A stretch of 33,432 nt of DNA. It comes from Emiliania huxleyi CCMP1516 (taxonomy: Eukaryota). This document shows positions 1 through 10,561 of this stretch, piece after piece. The DNA is taken from the NCBI RefSeq assembly GCF_000372725.1, contig NW_005201287.1:1147081-1180512 (forward strand), given 5' to 3'. Positions within the stretch are counted from its first letter, which is position 1, and each line of letters starts with the position of its first letter. The notes beneath the pieces are model-generated. The model worked only from the letters and a program-made list of their open reading frames with translations, was not told the origin of the DNA and ran no database searches. The position numbers and the translations under genes are program-made.

Positions 1-449
1 GAGCTGGGCCGCTCAGCAAAGACGAGCGTGCCCCACAGAAAGCTGACGATCATCGTCGTCGATCCCCACGTCGCCACAGCGACGCCATAGCCGATCCCGT
101 CGATGCCAATTTTGCCACACATCATGCTGCTGATCCAAAGGGATGCGCCCGCAAACCCCCAGAAGGAGAAGGAGAAGGGCGTGAGTGCGAGGACGAGGAT
201 CGAGCTGAGGGCAACCCCGGCCGAGAAGTAGAGCTGAAATATGGGCGGGTCTGCGGCGGACACCTCTGGGAGCTTGATGAGGATGCCATACGAGCCAAAC
301 GCCCACACCGCTCCCGCCACGGATACCCACCCCGTCGCTTCGGACGCGGACTGCAGGCAGAGTAGCGTGCCGGCGAGGCAGGCCGCGTTGATGGCCGCCA
401 CGCCGATCGAGGCCCGCCAAATGCGCGAGCTGTCGTCCGTGGGCGGCAT
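1..449 (-). CDS. TMEM144-like multi-pass membrane transporter (DMT superfamily), 5' part; runs off the window start
   Basis: Not in the ORF track because there is no stop before position 1. Manual translation from ATG 449: MPPTDDSSRIWRASIGVAAINAACLAGTLLCLQSASEATGWVSVAGAVWAFGSYGILIKLPEVSAADPPIFQLYFSAGVALSSILVLALTPFSFSFWGFAGASLWISSMMCGKIGIDGIGYGVAVATWGSTTMIVSFLWGTLVFAERPS. Consecutive hydrophobic helices and the FGSYG..IK, FQLY, IGYGVA..TW and SFLWG motifs resemble the TMEM144 family. Confidence 0.75.
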   Translation of the reverse strand, partial: MPPTDDSSRIWRASIGVAAINAACLAGTLLCLQSASEATGWVSVAGAVWAFGSYGILIKLPEVSAADPPIFQLYFSAGVALSSILVLALTPFSFSFWGFAGASLWISSMMCGKIGIDGIGYGVAVATWGSTTMIVSFLWGTLVFAERPS

Positions 450-509
450 GCTTTGAGTGTTGTTGAAGGATGGTAGTAACGCTTTGAGTGTTGTTGAAGG
501 ATGGTAGTA
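450..509. repeat. 31 bp-period tandem duplication immediately upstream of the TMEM144-like start codon
   Basis: GCTTTGAGTGTTGTTGAAGGATGGTAGTA at 450-478 and 481-509. Confidence 0.9.
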
Positions 510-641
510 TGGCAGTGCGGTCGGAGGGCGGCCGGGTCGCGCCGGAGCGGCCAGCGCGGGGAGGTGGGGGTGGTGCAAAGTAACGCGAAGGACGAAAGTC
601 GCGCAAAAACTCTTTAATTTAATTCACCCGATAGATCTACC

Positions 642-726
642 ATCATCTGGCCCGCTGTGGGTGCGCTTCTTAGCTCCCCGCCCTGGATGTGAGGTTACCG
701 ACTGCACTCCAAGTGCTCCAAGTGCT
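642..726 (+). repeat. Dispersed ~90 bp repeat, copy 1 (inverted copy at 29565-29656)
   Basis: ATCATCTGGCCCGCTGTGGGTGCGCTTCTTAGCTCCCCGCCCTGGATGTGAGG...GACTGCACTCCAAGTGCTCCAAGT matches the reverse complement of 29565-29656. Confidence 0.8.
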
Positions 727-1064
727 TCCACGTTCATGAACCACTTCCTACTTGTGCAGGCCCGGTTTCCCGGGAGCTAGCCCATATCTCAACGCGGCGC
801 ATCTGTTTTAAATTCGTTCTTTCTTACTGGCGCGCACTGGCTCCCCGCACAACAGACCTGTAACACAGGGTCTAGAACATCCTGCTCAAAGACGAGATCG
901 GCAAGCCGCTTCCACACACGCGAGTGAGGGCACGTGCTGTATCCAGTTCCACATTCGATCTCTTCAACGGGGTGGGGGTGGGGGTGGGGTGGGGTGTGTG
1001 CGCGCGCGATGGGGGAGGCAACGGGCACAGGGGTGCTCGAGTGCTGGGCCGCCGTACTGGCCGC

Positions 1065-1655
1065 CTAAGCCCGGCCGGCTCTCGACCTTTGATTCGCTAC
1101 CTGTAAGGGCTCGCGACCATAGCCTGCACGAGCCAGCCCTCCCCAGCGCTGCCTTTGCTTTCGGTCGAGTGCCACTGGAGGATAGCTCTCGACCTTTGAT
1201 TGGTTACCTGTATGAGCTCGCGACCATAGCCTGCACGAGCCAGCCCTCCCAAGCGCCGCCTTTGCTTCTGGGGCTGAGACGCTTGTGTCGGTCGAGTGCC
1301 ACTGGAGGATAGCTCTCGACCTTTGAGTGGCTTCCTGTATGAGCTCGTACCCGCTGGTGCCAACGGATCCGCCATCCACGGCTCGGCTTCTGCACCTCGC
1401 GTGCATCGTGAGCTTTGCCGCGGGGGGGAGGTTGCCCGACGTGATGCATGAAGCAATCATGGGCGAGAGCGGCATATTGACCTCGTTCCTGCAGCCCTTT
1501 GAGTAGAACATGTGCGGCGAGCAGTCGCCGTTGCACGGCAACGACGGCCGCGACTCGAAAGCCCGCTTGAATTTGGCATCGCGCCTCATGTAGTTGATCA
1601 AAACGCCGTCCAGCCATCGGTAGTTGCCCACGCCCCCAACGTTGCCACTCGGCAC
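1065..1655 (-). pseudogene. Possible degraded gene fragment whose 3' end is scrambled by the tandem repeat
   Basis: Protein-like stretch (NYRWLDGVLINYMRRDAKFKRAFESRPSLPCNGDCSPHMFYSKGC) with no clear ATG; no family recognised. Confidence 0.3.
1079..1347. repeat. Tandem repeat of ~106-128 bp units, about 2.3 copies
   Basis: Units start CTCTCGACCTTTGA at ~1079, ~1186 and ~1313 and end GGTCGAGTGCCACTGGAGGATAG; unit 1 lacks ~20 bp present in unit 2. Confidence 0.85.
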
Positions 1656-2386
1656 CGTGCGGTTACTCGACGATAATACAAGAAGAATACGCAGCTTGGA
1701 AGTTGCAGACGCCTATAAAGAAAAAACAGCCAGCTAAATTTCGGCGGCTAAAAAGCAAAGGACGGGCGCTTTTGATCGGCAAAGCAAAGTTGGAGTAACG
1801 GCGACCGCGTCGCCACAATGCCAGTCGCCTGTCGAGCAGCCTTGGCGGCGCGCATGCGCCGCAGGGTTGACCGACAGCCGCGCGCCTCGAGCCTCTCGCT
1901 CCACTCGCGGCACGACGCGCCCCGCGCGCCGGTCAGCGCAGCAGGAGTATTGCGACATGCTGCACAACGCCAGGGACAGCACTGAGAAGCTGGCGCCAGT
2001 CGCCCACCCGCATGTCTCAGCACCGGGTGAGGGAGCATGCTGCGCACGCTGAAGCAGCACGAGGTCACCACCAATCAGGCCCTCACGCCACTGCACGGCC
2101 GCCCTCGAGCACCAGCAGCCGCGCTGCGCCATGCTCAAGCTCAGGAGGCCACCCTGCTTCTCGCAGCTTTCTGCAGCGCAGCGAGCGAGCAGCGCCGCAC
2201 CAGGCGGACCCATGGCGTGTTCAGCCAGCCGTGAGGCGGAGGCAGGCCGAGTGAGCGCGAGCCGCGCGGGAGGCCATGCCCCGCGCACCCGCGAGCGAGT
2301 GGCACGAAAGAGTGCACAAGTCCGCATGCTTTTGCGTAACGTACTCCCGTCCTAAAATTCTCTTTTGGCGGCAGACACTTCTTCGC

Positions 2387-4244
2387 ATGAGGGTGGCGAG
2401 CCGGAGCCTCGCTTGCTCGGTGCACCAGAGGCGGCTCGGGCTCTCACTCGCTCCGCCGCTCAGGCGGCGCAGCTCGGCAGCCGCAGCTCCCGACCTCGCC
2501 TCCACCCTCTGGCGCGCCCTCCTCGCCTCCGCGCGCCGGTACGACAAGGAGCCCGCCCTCCGCTCCCTGCTCGCCACGGCGCGCACGGCGGAGCACGACA
2601 TCACCAGCGGAGCGTGGGCCGAGGCTGAGCGGCCGGCGCTCGGAGATCTGCAATCGGCAGAGGAGGTGGCCCAGCGGGTCGCCGAGCACGCCGTGCACCG
2701 GCTTTGCGACGGCGGCCGCCTCTACGTGCCGGGCAAGTCGGACGGAGCCGACAGGCGCGCCGTCGCGGCGGTCCGTGACGCGGCTCGGTCGGCGCTGGAC
2801 GTGGCTCCGAGCCACCTGTTAGTGGACGCCGGGTTTGCGCTGCTTCGGATGCTCGAGGCGCCGGTCCGCATCTCGGAACGGGTGCTCTCTCCGCGGCCCG
2901 GGCGAGAGGCGCGCGACGGCGAGCTCGAGCCGCCGCCCCGCCGGGTGAGCCGCCCGGCGCCTCCGTCCGCTCTCTCGGTGCGGCCGGCTCCCAGCCAGGA
3001 GGAGGCCTTCAGCGCGGGTGCGGTGCTGGTGTCGCACCCGCTGATGCGGCGCGACGTCGTGCTGCTGCTGCAAGCGGACGGGCCTGCCGGGTACGCCTTT
3101 GGCGTCGTCACCAACCAGCCGACCGGCGAGCCAATCGCTCTCAGTCAGGTGGCCAGCCCTAACCGAGCCCTCACCTGGAGCCTGACCCTCCAGGCGCGCC
3201 GCTCGGAGGAGGGCCTCTTGCCGGCGCCGATTCTGCGCGCGCGCTCTGCGTCGGCCGCGCGCCGCGTCAGCTCGTGAGGGATTGCGAGTAGGTCCCGCGT
3301 CGAGCGTCAAGCAGGCGGCGCGGTGGACGACGGGCGGGCGGCAGCTGAGGGACGAGATGCACCAGCACCGCCGCGTGCGCGAGGCGGAGCTCGAGCGCTC
3401 TCCGGCACAGGGCTAGGGGGGCGCGACTTCTTCACAGCTGCGCCTGTGAGCAGGCCGAGCTCGAGCTCTTCAGCGAGTCGACCGTCTTCTACGGCGGGCC
3501 GGACGGCGGCTGGAACGTGACGATGCTCCACCCGCACGGCGGCGTGGCGGGCTGCGTACGCGTGCGCGACGGGCTCTACTACGGCGGCGACCTCGCCTCC
3601 GCGGCGGCGATGGTGAGGGAGGGCGAGGCGGCGGCGGCCGACTTTTGCTTTTACCGCGGGCGGATCGATTGGCAGCCCGGTCAGCTGGCGGGCGAGTGCG
3701 AGATGGGGGAGTGGGTGGCCGGCGGCTGGGACGTCAACCCGCGCGGCAGCGGAGGCGGCGACGACAGCTTCCACGGCCTGCCGAGCCACAGCGGGGGCGA
3801 CGCCGAGGGCGGCGGCGGCGAGGCGCGCTCCTGGCCTCCGCCCGGACTGATGCCGAGGCTGGCGAGGTACGCGGCGACGGCGTCGGACCTGCAGCTCTCC
3901 GACGGCGTGCTCGGCGGGGGCGGCGGGGGCGGCAGGCTCCGCTCGTACAAGGTCGGCGCGTGGGCGCACGTTGTGTCTGCGCTCGCGAGAGGGGCGGAGG
4001 AGGCGGCGGGAGGCGAGGCTCCGCACCCGCTGCACGATTGGCTCCGACTCCACCCCGTCGAGGCTGAGGAGGCGCGGGCCCCGGGCTTTCCCCTCTTCTC
4101 GGTGCCACTCTCACCTGCCTTTACCGGTCGCCCCCGCCGACGCAGGCGGCGGAGCTGCACCGCGGCGGCGGGCGCAACGCGGAGGGCACGCTGCAGCCTC
4201 CGGCCTGGCGCACGCGCGAGGATTGGGAGGCAGCCGAGAAGTGA
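2387..4244 (+). CDS. DUF179 / AlgH / YqgE (UPF0301) family protein with N-terminal extension; introns ~3126-3193, 3384-3453, 4072-4145
   Basis: Motifs GAVLVSHP..RRDVVLLL....YAFGVVTNQPT, then VFYGGPDG...MLH, GLYYGGD and FYRGRIDWQPGQLAGECEMGEW. GC-AG introns restore the frame, except 3194-3383 which is unresolved (possible indel). Confidence 0.8.
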
Positions 4245-4447
4245 GAGCACGGGGCGCGGAGAAAGCGCGGACCGCACCGCGCGCGGCGAGAGATCGAAAA
4301 TAACGAGGGGGTCCGCTTCAACGAAACTGTGGCCGTACGGTGTACGCGCTAGCGGGGGGGGGGCGCGGGGGAACGGGGATTGGGCGCGCCGACCCGCGAC
4401 CGCCGTGCCCGTGTGGTGGAGGGTGTAATTCTTGATCTGTGAATTCT

Positions 4448-4545
4448 TGAACTACTGACGACTCCCTCAAAAGTTGCGCAAAGTACACGGGAGTCCCTGC
4501 GCACTGTACAGTGAACTACTGACGACTCCCTGCGCACTGTACAGT
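4448..4545. repeat. Short mosaic direct repeats between two convergent genes
   Basis: TGAACTACTGACGACTCCCT at 4448 and 4512; TCCCTGCGCACTGTACAGT at 4494 and 4527 (contains the palindrome ACTGTACAGT). Confidence 0.8.
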
Positions 4546-4616
4546 ACACTTTAACACGTGTCCCCCCCCCCTCGCCCCGGCGCCCGCCGCACGGTGCCGG
4601 CTCTCGCATTTCTCTC

Positions 4617-5786
4617 TCAACTCAACACGCCGCCCGCGCCCACCCTCTCTGCCACGGCTTGCGCCACGTGCGCGAGGAAGCGGTCGGCGTGGTTCGAGGA
4701 GAGGCCGACTCGCTCCACGAGCCGCTGCAGCCGGGCCTCCCCCATGCTCTGGATCTCGTCCCAGTCGTCATACCCGTGCTCCTCAAACGCATCCAGGTAC
4801 CTGCGGCGAGGAGTGCGGCGTCGGGCGGGATTCGCAGCGGGGCACACGGGGCTGGCCCGCCTGTCCAGCTTGCACGCCGCCAGCTGCGCGCCGATCTCTC
4901 CCATCACCAGCCTGCGCTCTGCCTCTCCCGCAGCCCGGCGCGCGCTGCCCTCTGACGCCGCTCTCAGCGGGCGCGCCGCCGAGAGCTCGAGGCCCGGCGG
5001 GATCGGGCGTAGCTTCTCTCCCACCCTCGACTTTAAGCGCGACCTGTACCGCTGGTCGAAGAAGCGATACAACACAAAGAAGAGCGCGAAGCCACCGATG
5101 ACGGTGCCGAGGCTGCGCGCGAGCGGCCAGAGGCTCTGCGAGGCGCGAAGGCTTTCCGCGCGGGCGACCGGGTCGGTCGGGCGCTGATAGCGCGGGTCGT
5201 CGGCGTGCGCCTTGAAGTAGGCTTGCGTGTGGCCGGGAGGCATTGCAAACCGCAATGGAGTGGATTCGGTGCTGAGCTGGTAAGGTACACAAAACACGGT
5301 GTTGCCCGCCGCCTGGCGAGTAGTGCGAGGTCCGCTGCTGCAGTCCGCGCTTCCGCTCGAAGGGGTTGTCGCTGTCGTAGTCGCAGGCCAGCTCGTGGCC
5401 GCCGAACAGCTCGCCGACAGCATCGTCGCGACCGACGCCGCCGCTGAGGCGGGGGGGGCCGCGGTGACCACCGCCGCCCACGTCGTCCTCCGACGAGTCG
5501 GCGTCGGAGTCTGGGGGGGTGGGAGGGTCGGGGCGCACCCACTCGCGGTCCCTGGCCGCCTTGCCGCCCGCTCCGCCGCCGTCGCCGCCGCCACCGCCGC
5601 CGCCCGGTGGGGGGTCTTCCCCGTCGGGTGCGACGGGCCGGGCGGCTTGAGCCTCGAGCCGCTCAAGCCGCTCGCGAAGCACTCGCGCAGCTCCTCGGCC
5701 GAGTCCACGGGAGCGGAAGGCACGGCTGGGGCTCCGTCGGTGCCCCCGCCAACCCCCGAGGGGGGGGGCTTCCTGCCCAGAGCCAT
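4617..5786 (-). CDS. Single-pass membrane protein with C-terminal SAM domain; introns 5222-5312 and 4801-4860; apparent frameshift near 5688
   Basis: TM helix SLGTVIGGFALFFVLYRFF. Spliced C-terminus QLAACKLDRYLDAFEEHGYDDWDEIQSMGEARLQRLVERVGLSSNHADRFLAHV is SAM-like. Splicing joins HYSP|AYFK in frame. Confidence 0.7.
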   Translation of the reverse strand: MALGRKPPPSGVGGGTDGAPAVPSAPVDSAEELRECFASGLSGSRLKPPGPSHPTGKTPHRAAAVAAATAAERAARRPGTASGCAPTLPPPQTPTPTRRRTTWAAVVTAAPPASAAASVATMLSASCSAATSWPATTTATTPSSGSADCSSGPRTTRQAAGNTVFCVPYQLSTESTPLRFAMPPGHTQAYFKAHADDPRYQRPTDPVARAESLRASQSLWPLARSLGTVIGGFALFFVLYRFFDQRYRSRLKSRVGEKLRPIPPGLELSAARPLRAASEGSARRAAGEAERRLVMGEIGAQLAACKLDRRASPVCPAANPARRRTPRRRYLDAFEEHGYDDWDEIQSMGEARLQRLVERVGLSSNHADRFLAHVAQAVAERVGAGGVLS

Positions 5787-7269
5787 CTTTTGCCTCTATG
5801 CTAGGGTGCCCACAGGGCCCAAAAAAAGAAAGGAAAAAAGAAATGGGCCACTGCCGATCGCAGCACTTCGTGTTGGCCAGTCGAGAAATTGAGAGTGTGA
5901 CTAGGAGGGTGGGACGCTGGGGATTCTCAAAGGTATACCCTTGGAATGGCCGGATCCAGCCTTGAAAGTTACGAGATCGCGCGCGCTTCGCGCGCTGCAC
6001 CGCCTGTTCTCCGCGGCTGAGTGACGACGCGTGCCGTGTGCCAGCAGAGTTGGGCGCGCGCGGCGTGACGGCGCCGGCGAGGGAAGGCGCGGGTGCAGCG
6101 GCCGCCGGCGGTCGTACCGCTCGCCGGCCAGCGCAGCAGCGGCCAGCGCAGCGGCCGCCGGCGCAGCAGCCAGAGCAGCCGGTGCGCGCCTTGCGAGGCG
6201 AGTACTGCCGCCCGGCAGCCTTGAGGCGGCCGGGCGGCAGTACTCGCTCGAGCTTTGCGAGCCGTGCGCGCGCCCAGGCGCGCGCGGCGCGCGCCCGCCC
6301 GGCTGCCAGTAGGAGGCGGCGCAATATGTGGCCTATAGTACAGCCCTTGAGGAGGAGGAAGAGGCTGGCTGGCAGTGCTGTATGCCGCCGGGGGCAGTTT
6401 TTGGGTGCTGTCCCCATCCCAGGGGGCTGCAGAAGGCGTCCGCAGCCGGGACAACCCGCCCCCCCAGCCGAGGCCGGTCGAAGCCCACTTGAGTGCAGCC
6501 ATGAGGAGTCCTCTTGGTGCTCCTGGCGGCCGTTGGAATGGCGAGCGCGCGCCGATGGGGGGGGGGGGGGGGGTCTTGCTTGCTCCACACCGAGCGCCAT
6601 CGGTCCGGACCGGTGCACTCACCGAGGGGTGGCCTGCACAAGGTCTGAGCCGCGGGCGCTCGGCGCCAAGTGCAGTGTCACGCTCGCGCTGGAGCGGGAC
6701 ACAATGGGAAACCCTCGTTTCCTATGAACTCGGTCCCCCAACGGAAGAGGCCTCGCTCCTATTGGAACTGGCCAACATCAGATTTGCCTCGTGCGTCCCT
6801 TTTTGAGTCGGAAAGCTATTTTCTTTTGGGTCCTGTGGGCACCCTGTCTATGCGGGCCGTACGTCTTGGTCTGCGTCGGAAGCGCGCTTTGGCGCGGATT
6901 TGCCCATGTCGTTGGGCGCACGGAGGGAAGGAGAGGTGGGCTCCTGCCCGAGAAGGTCGGCTCGCGGGACCTGCGCGGAGCTCGCTCTGGCCTCTCTGCG
7001 TGATGCCGCTCGAGCTTGGGCGCGTGCACGCAAGGGTCACGCCACACGCGCAAGCAAGAGCAAACATTTGAGGAATACCACAGAAGGATGGCGCTGCAGG
7101 AGAGAACGAGATGTGGGTGGGTGGCACACAGGCAGGGTGGCTGGGTGGCATGATCGCATGATCCATGAAGCTTGAATGAAGGTCGCTGAGAGAGATTTTT
7201 AGCAATACCAAACACGACCAGGAGGAGAGAGACGAGAGCTAGTAGATGGGAGAGGCAGTTGGGAGGCGG

Positions 7270-7503
7270 CTAGCACTTTGCCAACGACATCCATAAAGCG
7301 CACGCAATTACGAAGTGGTACTCGCTTCCAACCACTTTATTCTTCCTTTTCTGTGCCTTCTGTGCAGCGGTGCTTCGGATCGCGTCGAGCACTGCGCCTG
7401 TATCGTGCTTGAGCACGGCCTCGAACGTACTGAGGACGGCTATCCCGAGTTCGTTGAGCAGACCCTCCAGCACAATGCTGATGAGCTGCGTCGGCGTGTC
7501 CAA
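7270..7503 (-). pseudogene. ATG-less protein-like fragment, possibly a repeat or mobile-element remnant
   Basis: Helical-looking ORF (LISIVLEGLLNELGIAVLSTFEAVLKHD) followed ~55 bp downstream by a 27 bp motif shared with 10816-10842. Confidence 0.3.
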
Positions 7504-7628
7504 GGGAACGGACGTCGCCGAAAGTCCTTCTAGTTCACGCCGAAAAGTACGTCAAACGCCTCCTGATAGCTTGGGCAGTGCTCCCACGCAACTGGTCCGT
7601 CCCGCCACCTCCAGTGCGCAACTGAACC

Positions 7629-9310
7629 ATGAAGGTGCTCCTTATCACTTACGAGTTCACCCACGCTCCGTTCTCCGGCAACGGCATGCTCTCCCGGTCG
7701 CTCGCCAAGTCGCTCCTCTCGCTCGGAGCCAGCCTTCGCGTCATCTGCTGCCGACCGGCGCCCACCCTGGCGGGCCTCGCTGGAGACAACCACCTCGCCG
7801 AGCCAGAGGTGGCGAGGCCGGACATCGAGCTCTGGACGATCCAGCTGCAAGAGGCCGCCGGCTGGAAGCGGCTCGACGACGCCTCGGCCTACAAAGACTT
7901 CTGGGCCGGCGCGGGTGGCATGGGCGCGGCCGTGGCCCGCTTCGCGCCCGAAGCCGTGGTCGCGGTCGACTGGACAGGCGCGGGCGCGTGGAGAGCGCTC
8001 CGAGAGAGCGGCGTCGCCGACTCGAAGCTGTGCTACCTCAACTTCCGCGTGTACGCGTCGGGCATGGCGGAGAGCCGAGGCGGCTGGTTCGACCGGATGG
8101 AGGCCGCCGCGCTGGAGCAGGCGCAGCTGGTGCTCGCCCTCTCTCCCGCCGACCAGAAGAGCCTCGCAGCGCTGCAGCGCCGCTCCTCCCCCCCCACTGC
8201 CACCCTGCCGCCCGTCCGCGTCCTGATGCCGCCTCTGCGCGCCGACGTCGCGGCTCTCGCTCTCGCGAGCGGTAGCGGTGCGGCCGCCGCGGCGGCGAGT
8301 GCGGCGCTGCCCCCGGCGCTCGCAGCCGCGCTGGCACTGCCGGGCGCCAGGCGGCGCTTCGTCACGTGCGGCGTGCGCCTCTCGAGCGAGAAGGAGCCGA
8401 TGCGTTTCGTCGCCTTTGTCGAGCACGCCTCCGCCGCTCTGCGCGCGCTCGGCCTGACGCCGCTCCTTTTTGGCGCGGCGGCCGAGGCGCGCCGCCCGCA
8501 CTTGCGCCGTTGCCCCGGGACGGGCCACCGGCACGTCCACGGGCACGTCCCACGGCGCACTCACCGCCTCCACGGCGGGCGTGTAGGCCGAGTACGCAGA
8601 GGAGGCAAAGACGAGGCTGCGCGCCGCGTGCGAGGCTGCCGCCGCCCTCTCCGGCGTTCATCGGCCCTGAGCCCATCGCATGGACTGATCTATCGATTGA
8701 TAGGACGCCGTCGTCCTCTCCGACTTCATCGGCCCTCCTGCCCTCGCCGCCGTGTTTGCGGCCACCGCACTCAACTTTCACCCGTGCAGATACGACGCCT
8801 ATGGCGCGGCGCCTATGGCCCGGCGCCACCCCTCGCCGGCGTGGCGAGCCACCCTTTGGACCGCGGTGTAGGCATGAGCGTCGTCGAGGCGGCCGCGTTT
8901 GGCGCGCCATCGGTCGTCAACGGAGGCGCAAAGGTTGGTGCTGCACAGCTCCTTCCGGCCGACGAGGGCGCGAGCTTCGAGGCCCGCTTTGACGGCGCGG
9001 CGGACGAGGCGGTCTCGGCGGAAGTGCTCGCGCTGCTCGGCGACCAGGCGCGAGGAGGAGCCCGCCGCGACAGCCGCCCCGCCTGCGGCAAGAGTGCCGT
9101 GGACGTGCGCTCCACTAGGCGCGCCTCGCTTCGGTCGGGAGCGCGGCACGCGAGCGGGCGCTGGGCTGGGACGAGTCGGCTTACGGAGCGGCGTTGCACG
9201 GCCACCTCGTGCAGCTCTCCGAGGGAGCGACCACCGACGCGGGCGACGGCCGGACGGCGGCCGCCGCGCCACCGGGCGGGGCGTGCGCTGCTGCGCAGAG
9301 GGAAGGCTGA
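7629..9310 (+). CDS. GT-B fold glycosyltransferase (GT4 / Glycos_transf_1-like); introns ~8481(or 8487)-8586, 8635-8703, 8804-8871, 9048-9118
   Basis: N-terminal MKVLLITYEF...SGNG; VRLSSEKEP; spliced LNFHPCRYDAYGMSVVEAAAFGAPSV matches the GT4 P-x-x-x-E/D-x-F/Y-G-x-x-x-x-E-A signature; last exon ...ARERALGWDE... ends at TGA 9308-9310. Confidence 0.88.
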
Positions 9311-9817
9311 GCGGGGGGAGGGGGGGGGGGGCGGTGCGAGGACCGCCGCCAACACGCGGCGGGGGCCGCCGGAGGAGCTCGACGGCGATCGCGTGCGCGG
9401 GCGAGGTCAAAAGTCGCGCCGCAGGAGTGTGCGTGACGACCACTTATCGCGGGGGAGCAGTTCCGGACGACACGAACCGTCTTGCGGAGCTGAAGGTGTG
9501 TGTGTGTGCGCGCGCGTCAAAACACATATGCGCGTGCGCTACACGCGAGCGAGTGCGAGAACATCAGACAAGAAAAGCTTCTTCAAAAGCTCTGCGTGCA
9601 GTGCAGCCCCGCCGCCCCCGCGCCGCCCGCGGTGCCCCCGCGAACTCACTCCGCCGCTTACGGGGTGTGGACCGTGAGTTGACCAGGGGTTGTGCGCTGG
9701 GCCCTCCTGCTCGGCTCCAGCGAGTAGACAAGTCTCAAGTGTTCGAGTGTCATCAACAGAGTAGCGAAGGATCTGACGTTCTGACCTCGGGGCCGATGTG
9801 ACCAAGCGCTGGTAGCG

Positions 9818-9906
9818 TGGTTTAACCTCACACCCATGGTCTCACAGTGTGTGCCACAGCAGTCGCCGAGCTGTGTCGCTCACCATACAAGCCGCAGCCC
9901 CACAAG
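9818..9906 (+). repeat. ~85 bp direct repeat, copy 1 (copy 2 at 11545-11628)
   Basis: TGGTTTAACCTCACACCCATGGTCTCACAGTGTG...GCAGTCGCCGAGC.GTGTCGCTCAC..ATACAAGCCGCAGCCCCACAAG in both copies. Confidence 0.9.
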
Positions 9907-10093
9907 TGACTGGAAGCCGCCACCGACGAGCGCGTTGGAGTATTCACTCCGGACAAAGACGGGAACACAGTGGACGGTGCGGGGCGCGTGTGCCCGTCAT
10001 AGTGGCGAGGCGCGGGACCGTCTGTGGCGAAGTGGGTCGCGTCCCCCGATTTCCTCAACTCACGGTCCACACCCTCTAGATCCTAGAACCTGT

Positions 10094-10220
10094 GGCTCTC
10101 TGGGCATAGCAGCCCATAACATGTTACCACCATCGTATGGGTGAGTTATGGGTGTTATGGGGCCGGCCCCACAACACCCATAAACACCCACAACATGTTA
10201 TGGGCTGCTATGAGAGAGCC
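10094..10220. repeat. Foldback palindrome (MITE-like hairpin)
   Basis: Perfect 21 bp inverted repeat CATAGCAGCCCATAACATGTT (10105-10125) / AACATGTTATGGGCTGCTATG (10192-10212); inner arms TATGGGTGTTATGGGGCC|GGCCCCACAACACCCATA; outer GGCTCTCT/AGAGAGCC. Confidence 0.85.
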
Positions 10221-10561
10221 GTCCCGGGTCCACGGTGTTATGGCCCGACAGGCACGCCGAACTGAGCTCGCCGCTGGAATTTTCGCTTCGCGCGCTGCCG
10301 CGCGCGAGAGGCGGTTCGGCATCGATCGCCAAATATGTTCTCTTTTGCCCTCAAGTTAAATTCAGTAACATCCAAGTGCTCCAAGTGCTCCATCAACCTG
10401 CCTCCGGTAGGTCATGGTTGGCTGGTAGTAGCTACGCGGCGCGGGGCGGGCGCTCCAAAAGAAGATTTTTTTTGCGCAAACACCGGGATACGTACGCGCG
10501 GCGGGGCCCCTCCTTTGAAAAAATCCGTGGGACAGAAGGGTCAAATTCGGTTTTGGCCGAG

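Noticed and set aside
241..456. 71 aa plus-strand ORF
   Set aside because: Antisense to the TMEM144-like frame, which carries the family-like motifs
1079..1347. Possible CRISPR-like repeat-spacer array
   Set aside because: Whole units repeat with no unique spacers; no cas genes; eukaryotic context
5969..7215. Several overlapping ORFs between the SAM and glycosyltransferase genes
   Set aside because: Low-complexity translations with no recognisable domain or consistent coding frame
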